Shown here: piece after piece, positions 1 to 7,026 of the stretch
Layout: every line of letters starts with the position of its first letter
Position numbering within the stretch: the stretch's first letter is position 1
From: Waddliaceae bacterium
GTDB lineage: Bacteria; Chlamydiota; Chlamydiia; Chlamydiales; SLFE01
Direction of reading: 5' to 3'
Assembly (NCBI GenBank): GCA_963783885.1
Contig: CAWAPJ010000035.1
Coordinates: 1 to 14,198, forward strand
DNA length: 14,198 nt
Notes under the pieces: model-generated
The model's database searches: none
What the model was told of the DNA's origin: nothing
Seen by the model: the letters and a program-made list of their open reading frames with translations, nothing else
Translations under genes and position numbers: made by a program

Positions 1-154
1 GCGTCAATGCCAGATCGAGCTCTTCGGAAATCTTGATTGCGTCGTCATAAAAGGCTTCATAGAAGTCGCCCATCTGAAACAAAAGCAAAGCCTCTTTTGC
101 CTGCTCTTTGCAGTCATGCCACTGCTGCATCATGGGAGTCGCTTTCTTACTCAT
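1..154 (-). CDS. mutS: DNA mismatch repair protein MutS, N-terminal part (continues beyond left edge)
   Basis: Manual translation from ATG at 154 gives [51 protein letters not shown]. This contains the MutS-I TPMMxQ and GDFYE mismatch-binding motifs. Confidence 0.95.
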   Translation of the reverse strand, partial: MSKKATPMMQQWHDCKEQAKEALLLFQMGDFYEAFYDDAIKISEELDLALT

Positions 155-163
155 ATCGCGAAA

Positions 164-192
164 ATCTTAACATCAGTTTAGCAGATTAGCAA
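164..192 (-). promoter_or_regulatory. Putative sigma66/sigma70-type promoter for mutS, partly inside the 3' end of the peptidase gene
   Basis: Minus strand reads TTGCTA-N17-TAAGAT with an extended -10 TGn. The -10 ends 9 nt before the ATG. Confidence 0.5.
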
Positions 193-2123
193 GAAAAATC
201 ATGATATCGGAGACTTCACGGATCATCTGGCATGTAGACCGGCCATCGCGATGACCGGTGTCTCGATAAACGCGGAGAAGGATCGGCTTTTCCGAAGCCT
301 GCGCCTGCTGAAGAGCTGCTGCAAATTTGTAGCTGTGCAGTGGAACGACGCGATCGTCATGATCACTTGTTGTGATGAAAGTCAGCGGGATAGGACGTTC
401 CCGCCCTGACATTGTGGAGAGGAGAATAGGACAAAAGATTGGCCCTGTCTTCAGAATTGCCCGGATCGCCATACTCGCTTTTCCAGCACCATCCGATCGT
501 ATATTGATGAAACTTGAGCATATCCAGCACTCCGACTTGCGGGATAGCTGCCCCGAATAAATCGGGCCTCTGCACCAAAGCCGCTCCGACAAGGAGTCCC
601 CCGTTGCTTCTGCCGTTGATTGCCAGTTTTTCCGGAGAAGTATAGTCGTTTTTAACAAGCCATTCGGCAGCAAAGATAAAGTCGTCAAAGACATTTTGCT
701 TGTTCTTTCCTCTGCCGGCATCATGCCACTCGGGACCATATTCTCCTCCGCCGCGCAAGTTGACCGAAATGTAAATTCCCCCGCTGTCAAGCCAGGAGAG
801 GGCCAATAAGGAAAAACCGGGCGTCAAGGGGAGATTAAAACCTCCATAGCCATAGAGCAGAGCAGGAGTTCTTTTATCAGTTTTCATTCCTTTTTTCCGG
901 ATCACGAACATCGGCACAGCTGTCCCGTCTTTGCTGTCGAAAAAGACCTGCTCGGTCAAGTAGTCAGATGGATTCCAGGAAATTGAAGGCCGAAATACGC
1001 AGCAGCTTTCTACCTCCTCGAAGCTGTGTTGAAAAATGGTTGAAGGACTGACAAAGTCAGTATAGCTGTAATAAAAAGTCGACTCTCCGCTCGACAACGC
1101 AACACTTCCCATTCCGGGAAGCTCGATATTATAGAGAAACTTACCTTCGAGAGTAAAAACTTTTAACTCGGAGACAGCATGTTTCATATAATGGCAGACC
1201 AGACGATTCCCGACAACAGCCGCATCGGCAAGATTGTCATTCCCCGGAGGGATAATCACCTTTGATTCAGCAGGATTTAAAGGATCGATTTGCAAAAGAG
1301 CCCGTCTATTTTCGATAACAAATATGAGCCCTTCCCATTCATTGACAAATTGGCAGGAAGCCTGTCCGGAAGAAACCACCTCCATTAGCTGCCCGCTTTT
1401 TAGATTCAAGAGAAGAAGTCCATTTTCTCTTTCCAACGAGTCCCGAATGGTCAGAAGCAGATAAACTCCTTCCAGAATGATCTTTGGTTCAAGCAACAAC
1501 TGATTTTCGACTGCCGGGACAAAGAGGCATAAATCCTCGCTTTGGGGAGTGCCTAGGCGATGGTAAAAGACCCCTTGTTTTGTTTCAGAAATGAACTTGA
1601 GGTAATAAACACCGCGGCTATCCCTTGCCCATTGGGGAACATTAAACTTAATCCCTGTCAAGACATCGGGCAAAGTTTTCCTCGATTCCAAGTCGATAAA
1701 ATGCCAGTTCTGCAAATCGCTCCCGCTGTAGGATAAACCATAGGCAACTTTGGTCCCTTCTTTGTTGACCTCAAATGCCGACAAGCATACCGTTCCCTCT
1801 TCCGATAAAACATTGGGATCTACAAGAGTGTTTTGACCTTGCCTTAGAACCGCCTGTTTTTTCCCTGGGCCAAGGTATGTATAATATAGATGGCCTTCCC
1901 TCTCAATGGGCAGAGTCATCACATCAAAAGCCGCCAGCTCCCCGACGCGATTTTCAATAGCTTCCCGAGATTGATGATTAAACAAATAGCGGTTGGTCGT
2001 CTCATTCTGTTTTTCCGTCCATTCCCAAACCGCCGGGGAGTCCATCTCCTCCAGCCAGGCATAGGGGTCGTGCTCCGCAGCTAAGCTGAAAATAAACACA
2101 ATTGCCAAAAAAAATTTATTCAT
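173..2123 (-). pseudogene. Prolyl oligopeptidase (S9A) with signal peptide, frameshifted near 383 (pseudogene or sequencing error)
   Basis: Frame 2123-363 carries DPYxWLE, YGYGGF, NLRGGGEYG and GRSNGG (catalytic Ser). The catalytic Asp (DHDDRV) and His (TGH) are in frame 173-382. One extra base in CCC GCT G ACT TTC; removing it gives about 649 aa. Confidence 0.9.
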
Positions 2124-2682
2124 TAAAAGTGTTATAATCCTTCAAATAAATAGGATCAACCAGAAAACGCTTCCAGTACAGTCTCGAAATAAAGAGAATA
2201 TTCATCAATTTGCCAGCCTGATTTCTCAACCATATTTTAAACGAGGAAGAAGGAACAAATGACTGTACAAACGAATCTGCGGTCTTTTGTTTTTTCTCGA
2301 CAAAGTCCATAAAAAAAATTTCAAAATTTTTGAAGCCCTCAAAATAATCTCCCTCAGCCTGATACAATTCCCCTGCCAGAACGTAGGCGCCGGCCATAGC
2401 CAAAGCCGCCCCCTGCCCTGAAAGCAACGACGGGCAAAAGGCCGCATCGCCCAGTAAGGCGACCCTTCCTTTCGACCAGGAGTTCATCTGAATCTGGCTG
2501 ACCGAGTCGAAGTAGAAATCCGTTGCCGAATCAAGCCGCTTTAGAAACTCTTCCGTTTCCCACTTTTCTCCTCTGAAATTTTCAATAACAACCCGTTTTT
2601 GAAAGTCGATGTCATCAAAATGATAATCCAATTTCTGCGCTCTTTTAAAAATAAAAAACACCGCAATCTTATTCTCTCTAAG

Positions 2683-2819
2683 ACCCTGATTGCTACCTAA
2701 ACTTGTTGTTAAAGTCTTTCGTTGGATTCAGATGCGTAGACTCGATTTGAAGGCAAGGGTAATCCCTTGCCGATAATCGAGGCTTAGCAGATGAATTCAA
2801 TGAAAGATTTTAACGACAA
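2683..2819 (+). repeat. Element A: one terminal repeat plus a ~117-nt imperfect hairpin, no second terminal repeat
   Basis: Arms 2703-2730 and 2792-2819 pair with 4 mismatches, all G·T. Apical stem-loop GGCAAGGG-TAAT-CCCTTGCC at 2752-2771. Confidence 0.9.
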
Positions 2820-2842
2820 TAGTCTCTATGATACTTCCTTAG

Positions 2843-2998
2843 ACCCTGATTGCTACCTAAACCTTAGCTAGAGCTTACACGAGTGCGCCAGATACAACTG
2901 TAGCGTCGACGGCAAGGGTAATCCCTTGCCGAGGCGCTACAGGCAGTAGATGGTGTGCTCGTGTAAGCTCTAGCTAAGGTTTAGGTAGCAATCAGGGT
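2843..2998 (+). mobile_element. Element B: complete 156-bp palindromic MITE
   Basis: 42-bp perfect arms at 2842-2883 and 2958-2999. Same apical stem-loop as A at 2911-2930. Confidence 0.92.
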
Positions 2999-3723
2999 CT
3001 AAGGGAATAGACGGCCGCCTGCTTATCAGGGATAGAGTACATTGAATAGTTGGATTTAATTTTGTCTCCCAGAAAATTATCCGTAGTGAAAGAAGCGACG
3101 TAATAGCCAAGATAGCGTTCATAATTGGAAAGGGGCCCGAAGGCCAGCGACCTGACTTTCGAGTGCAGACCATCAGCGCCTATGACCAGATCAAACGTTT
3201 GAGCTCCACGGTTTTTAAAGACGACGTCGACGCCCGCATCTCTTTGTGCAAGCGAGGCGATCTCATCGCCGAAGATGTAGTCAACCTGTCCCTTTGTCTT
3301 ATCATACAGCACTCTTGACAAATCGCTTCTTAAAAAACTAATGAGCCTCCGATCGATGACATCGAGGGCTTGTTTAATCTGTATTTTTCCTTTGACTTCG
3401 CCTTGGCCTCCTAGAAAAACGATCTCTTCAATCGAATAGCTCAGGGATTTAAGCTTGTCTAAAATACCCATTTTCTCTGCGGCATCATATCCTGCGCCCC
3501 AAAAATCAATGACATATCCCCCTTCCCTGATCTTTGGAAAACGCTCGACAACTGTCGGATTAAACCCATAGCGGCAAAGCCAATAAGCCAACGCCGGGCC
3601 AGCAATCCCCGCACCCGAAATGAGAATATTCTTGTTTTTCATGAAGCGTTAGCTCCTTTTAACGCCAGCCGCCACAGCATAACAAAAATTTAAAACAAGA
3701 ATCCGTATAACACAAGGCATAAC

Positions 3724-3739
3724 GACTCAATAGTCAGTC
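3724..3739. promoter_or_regulatory. Imperfect palindrome, possible repressor operator upstream of the monooxygenase
   Basis: GACTCAATAGTCAGTC is 12/16 self-complementary and overlaps a minus-strand TTGACT. No regulator gene is present in the window. Confidence 0.25.
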
Positions 3740-3810
3740 AAAGTTATCAGCAGATTTATGCTTTTTTGCAACGCACTCCTTTTTTACGATTTCCTGTTCA
3801 ATACAACTTA

Positions 3811-3857
3811 GGCCCTGATTGCTACCTAAACTTGTCGTTAAGGTAGCAATCAGGGCC
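3811..3857. mobile_element. Element C: 47-bp internally deleted derivative of the A/B family; may act as a terminator-like hairpin after the MFS gene
   Basis: GGCCCTGATTGCTACCTAAACTTGTCGTTAAGGTAGCAATCAGGGCC. Same terminal repeat as A/B and the start of the A-type arm (TTGTCGTTAA). Lies 36 nt past the MFS stop. Confidence 0.88.
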
Positions 3858-3893
3858 TAAGGGAATGGACATTTCTTTATTGCCAGGACAGCA

Positions 3894-5456
3894 TTACGGC
3901 CGCTGGCGTGTAGTGAACGGGATCTCTTTGAGGCTCAGTGCGATAATAATGCCGATGGCAAGTATGGGGACAAAGAGCAGAAAGATCGATGGCAACACGG
4001 TGCCGAATGCCTGAATGACCGCATCATGGATTGCGGGAGAAAGATTGGCGATGTCGTTTGGATCGATCACGGCACCGCCTTTGAGTTTGGCGAGCTGGCT
4101 CGGCAAGAGATGGTCGGCGAGCTGTGAGGCAAGCCGCGAAGTGAGGAATGTTCCGGCAAGGGCCACGCCGATCGCGCCGGAGAGTTGCCGGGCAAGGTTT
4201 ACACCTGATGTTGCAACACCGATCTGCGTGCGATGGACGGCATTTTGCGCAACTTGCGTCAGCACTGGCATGACCATACCGATACCGGCACCCAAGATCA
4301 CCATAAACACGCTCAAGACCAGGAACGTAGTTTGTGCGGTTATGGTCGAAAGCAGATACATGCCGATGGTCGCCATGATCGTACCGGTGACAAGGAAGGA
4401 TTTATAACGCCCCGTGCGGCTGATCGCTTGTCCGGTCGTGATAGCCGCGGCAAAGAGTCCGAGCGAAAGAGGCAGCATGAGCAGTCCCGAATCAGTCGGT
4501 GATGCGTTTTGTGCGATTTGCAAAAATGTCGGCAAGTACGTGAGCGATCCGAACAGCCCCAATCCGACTGTGATGCCAAGAAGCATACAGGTTGCGAGCG
4601 TGCGGTTGCGAAAAAGCGCCGTAGGGAAGATCGGATCGTGGGCGCGGCGCTCAGCCCATATGAAGAGTGAAAGCGATGCGATCATCGCCGCGCCGAGTCC
4701 CCATATTATGGCTGAATTCCACGGATATGCACTTCCGCCCCACGTGATGAAGAGGACAAGACAGATCATCGCGATACCAAGCGTGCTTGCACCGAGGTAA
4801 TCGATCTTGTGCATACCGCCCGGAGCGGGAGGAAGTCTCAAATAGTGCCATGCAGCATAGATCGCAAGAGCGCCGATCGGTATATTGATATAAAAGATCC
4901 ACCGCCAGCTGAAGTTGTCGATAAAGAATCCGCCGAGCGCGGGACCGAAGACGGTCGTAAGACCGAAGATCGGCATGAGATAGCCGAGATACTTTCCCCG
5001 ATCACGCGGCAAGATAACGTCACCGATCACCGAGAACGCGGTGACTATGAGGCCGCCGGCGCCGATGCCTTGCAATGCGCGGAAAATGATTAATTGAAAC
5101 ATCGATTGCGATACACCAGAGAGCACAGAGCCAATGAGAAATATCCCCACGGCATACATAAGGAGCTTCTTGCGGCCGTAGAGATCGCCGATCTTTCCAT
5201 ATATCGGCATCACGATGGTTTGCGCGAGCAGGTATGCGGTCACGAGCCACGAGATCTGATTGAGGCCATTGAGCTGTCCAGCGATCGTAGGCAGGGCGGT
5301 GGAGACAATCGTCTGATCGAGCGCAGCAAGCAGGATGCTCAATACCAACACCCAGATCACCGTGAGAATCTCGCGGTGCGAGTATACGCGGCCTTCTTCT
5401 ACGATGCTTTTTTGTCGATTTGTTGTTTCGTGTTCGGGTTGGGTGTTTTGCGACAT
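3894..5456 (-). CDS. DHA2 (EmrB/QacA-type, 14-TMS) MFS drug efflux transporter
   Basis: 520 aa with motif D1 LDQTIVSTALP, motif A GKIGDLYGRK, RALQGIGAG, GPALGG and WRWIFYINIPIG. Confidence 0.95.
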   Translation of the reverse strand: MSQNTQPEHETTNRQKSIVEEGRVYSHREILTVIWVLVLSILLAALDQTIVSTALPTIAGQLNGLNQISWLVTAYLLAQTIVMPIYGKIGDLYGRKKLLMYAVGIFLIGSVLSGVSQSMFQLIIFRALQGIGAGGLIVTAFSVIGDVILPRDRGKYLGYLMPIFGLTTVFGPALGGFFIDNFSWRWIFYINIPIGALAIYAAWHYLRLPPAPGGMHKIDYLGASTLGIAMICLVLFITWGGSAYPWNSAIIWGLGAAMIASLSLFIWAERRAHDPIFPTALFRNRTLATCMLLGITVGLGLFGSLTYLPTFLQIAQNASPTDSGLLMLPLSLGLFAAAITTGQAISRTGRYKSFLVTGTIMATIGMYLLSTITAQTTFLVLSVFMVILGAGIGMVMPVLTQVAQNAVHRTQIGVATSGVNLARQLSGAIGVALAGTFLTSRLASQLADHLLPSQLAKLKGGAVIDPNDIANLSPAIHDAVIQAFGTVLPSIFLLFVPILAIGIIIALSLKEIPFTTRQRP

Positions 5457-5526
5457 GAAAAAGTGCCTGCTTTTTACATACGTACAGTATCATCAATCCA
5501 ACCATAAGAGCAAGAAAAGCCGTTTA

Positions 5527-5689
5527 ACCCGTGATTGTGACCTAATCTGAGGCCAAGCGCTACAGATGGAGGTTAGATTTCGAAAATTTTGACGAGAGGC
5601 ATGTCTTAAGACATGCCGGAGGAGAAATTTATCGAAAGATGACCTTCAAGTATAGGTGATTGGCCTCAGATTAGGTCACAATCACGGGT
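5527..5689 (+). mobile_element. Element D: complete 163-bp palindromic MITE, second terminal-repeat subfamily
   Basis: Perfect arms at 5523-5556 and 5660-5693 including ACCCGTGATTGTGACCTAATCT. Apical stem-loop GGCATGTC-TTAA-GACATGCC at 5598-5617. Confidence 0.9.
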
Positions 5690-5690
5690 T

Positions 5691-5879
5691 AAAAGACAAC
5701 ATTCTCAAGAGACAAATTGAATGCTTTGTTCAGAAAGAAATAAAATTGAAACGGTTTTCAGTAGCATTGTGAGTCTGATGCCAAGATATATTCGTGCAAG
5801 AACGGAGTCCGGTTTTTGCTTGAAAGTTACATTTTTTATCCTGGCCTATATGGTAAACTTATCTTATCCATTGGGATAA
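5691..5879 (+). pseudogene. IS982-family DDE transposase, C-terminal remnant
   Basis: Manual translation gives KRQHSQETN*MLCSERNKIETVFSSIVSLMPRYIRARTESGFCLKVTFFILAYMVNLSYPLG*. This matches the IS982 pattern as I recall it (R..IETVFS, I.A.T..GF.LK...FILAY). One internal TGA; the 5' end is cut off at element D. Confidence 0.8.
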
Positions 5880-6022
5880 TCGTCCCCCTCAGTGATTTTA
5901 GCAATCCATCTGCAAACTTACCCTCCTCGGTAAGCTCTAAAGAGCTTACTCTTCGTCACGTAAGTTTGCAGATGGATTGCTAAAATCACTGAGGCGAACG
6001 AGATTAGGTTACAATCACGGGT
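5880..6022 (-). mobile_element. Element E: right end of the IS982-like element (long hairpin plus right terminal repeat)
   Basis: 35-bp perfect arms at 5887-5921 and 5960-5994. Apical GTAAGCTC-TAAA-GAGCTTAC. Terminal repeat 6001-6022 differs from D's by 1 nt. Starts immediately after the transposase stop. Confidence 0.85.
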
Positions 6023-6129
6023 TTAATATTTGGTTGATTGATTTGGTTATTTTTATAGCTATTTTTGTAGGTGAACAAAGATCCAAAAATGTTTTTAAAA
6101 CATTTCGTTTTCTGACCTATTAAAAAAAA

Positions 6130-6201
6130 CTCCGGATGTTGGATTCGAACCAACGACCAATGGATTAACAGTCCACTGCTCTACCGCTGAGCTAATCCGG
6201 A
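6130..6201 (-). tRNA. tRNA-Asn (GTT), CCA not encoded
   Basis: TCCGGATTAGCTCAGCGGTAGAGCAGTGGACTGTTAATCCATTGGTCGTTGGTTCGAATCCAACATCCGGAG folds as a cloverleaf. Anticodon at 6169-6167; T-loop GTTCGAATC. Confidence 0.98.
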
Positions 6202-6211
6202 CCAGACAAAC

Positions 6212-6241
6212 ATATTAGTTGATCAGGAATTTTTTGGGCAA
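6212..6241 (-). promoter_or_regulatory. Putative tRNA-Asn promoter
   Basis: TTGCCC-N18-TAATAT, ending 10 nt before the tRNA 5' end. Confidence 0.45.
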
Positions 6242-6249
6242 CAACTTAT

Positions 6250-6277
6250 TTGTTAAAAATGCCTCCTTTGCTAGTAT
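6250..6277 (+). promoter_or_regulatory. Putative promoter of the hypothetical-hypothetical-priA operon, divergent from the tRNA
   Basis: TTGTTA-N16-TAGTAT with an extended -10 TGn. G-rich SD-like run before the TTG at 6301. Confidence 0.45.
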
Positions 6278-6300
6278 TGGCTTGAAAGTGGGGGTATCGC

Positions 6301-7026
6301 TTGCCGGAAGTCTCTTACCGCAACTATCTGCAGGATGAATCGGTTTTAATACAATTAATTCTTTACGAGTATCTTAACGCATGCCGGGCGTTTAAAGCCA
6401 CTCGAAGACTTTTAAAAAAAGAATTGAAAAAAGACAAGTGGACCTCAAGAGAAACGGATAAAGTCATCGAAGGGATCCGCCCCTCGGTAACCGCCCTGGC
6501 CGGAACTTCAAGGCGGGTTCTCTTTCCGATTCCCTGGAAAAATCAGCTGGGACACTTGGAAAAGCTCGAGGATTACTGCTATTTGCTCGTTCTCCATTCC
6601 GAAAGCAACAACCCGACCTATTTCACCCTGCATCAGCAAATACAAGGCGCCAGGGTGATGGCCAAACAAATGATGCGCATCATGCAGCTTTGGGACTGCC
6701 AGTCCTCTTTCTTTCTGGAAACCTTCGAGACAAAACACGTTCATACAACGCTTGAAGAGCTGTGCGAGAGGATGAAAAATATCGCAGACGCCCTCTCCAC
6801 CGCTCTGCAATTCTCTGTAAATATGGAAAATGTTATTCTCTTTTTCATCAGAAACCATCAATCCCTGTCCGCATACCTGGGAAAACGGTTTATGAAAACA
6901 ACTCTAACAAACATGTTCCCCCACGGGACGAAAAAAATCAGGCAGCAGCTCAAAAAAACATTATCAAAAAAAGGTCTTGAGCACTTGGAAGACGACATAG
7001 ACACAGTATTCAATAAGGTGAAATGA
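6301..7026 (+). CDS. Hypothetical protein, probably helical
   Basis: 241-aa ORF with TTG start and an ATGA overlap with the next gene. No recognised motif. Confidence 0.8.
   Translation: MPEVSYRNYLQDESVLIQLILYEYLNACRAFKATRRLLKKELKKDKWTSRETDKVIEGIRPSVTALAGTSRRVLFPIPWKNQLGHLEKLEDYCYLLVLHSESNNPTYFTLHQQIQGARVMAKQMMRIMQLWDCQSSFFLETFETKHVHTTLEELCERMKNIADALSTALQFSVNMENVILFFIRNHQSLSAYLGKRFMKTTLTNMFPHGTKKIRQQLKKTLSKKGLEHLEDDIDTVFNKVK

Larger units (their letters stand above)
2683..2998. mobile_element. Composite non-autonomous IS982-like insertion (hairpin end A + short spacer + MITE B)
   Basis: Outer inverted repeats ACCCTGATTGCTACCTAAAC / GTTTAGGTAGCAATCAGGGT. Flanked by the direct repeat CTAAG (2678-2682 and 2999-3003), or TAA if the terminal G/C belong to the element. 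Confidence 0.9.
2116..3642 (-). pseudogene. FAD-dependent monooxygenase/oxidoreductase (group A flavoprotein), split by an insertion at 2683-2998
   Basis: The N-half has GAGIAG and GADG, the C-half has LLGDAA..GQG, and both are in the same frame. Removing the insert plus one CTAAG repeat restores ...VYSLRENKIAVFFIFKR... and a 401-aa ORF. AGGAG SD at 3653-3657. The stop overlaps the peptidase start by 8 nt. Confidence 0.92.

Noticed and set aside
173..790. 205-aa ORF as an independent gene
   Set aside because: Only its last ~69 residues are meaningful, as the frameshifted peptidase C-terminus.
2683..2998. In-frame peptide insertion or intron, since the net insert is 321 bp (a multiple of 3)
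   Set aside because: Stops occur in frame (TGA at 2994-2992, TAA at 2841-2839), no group I/II intron features are visible, and frame preservation has a 1 in 3 chance.
2682..3002. CRISPR array or integron attC array
   Set aside because: The repeats are inverted termini of ~160-nt hairpins, not regular repeat-spacer units. There are no cas or intI genes and no RYYYAAC/GTTRRRY boundaries.
2970..3173. 67-aa alternative-frame ORF running into element B
   Set aside because: It is a shadow frame of the monooxygenase with no recognisable motif.
1..3642. Polar silencing of mutS by the insertion (mutator switch)
   Set aside because: mutS appears to have its own promoter at 164-192.
4015..5550. Multiple antisense and alternative ORFs over the MFS gene
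   Set aside because: These are expected shadows of a GC-rich coding region.
3811..5689. Composite transposon C-MFS-D
   Set aside because: C and D belong to different terminal-repeat subfamilies, and no convincing shared target duplication is visible.
6087..6105. Palindrome AAATGTTTT-T-AAAACATTT downstream of the tRNA
   Set aside because: It is almost entirely A/T and low complexity, and cannot be assigned as a terminator or operator.
173..6130. tRNA-integrated island with att duplication
   Set aside because: No second copy of the tRNA 3' end and no integrase were found in the window.
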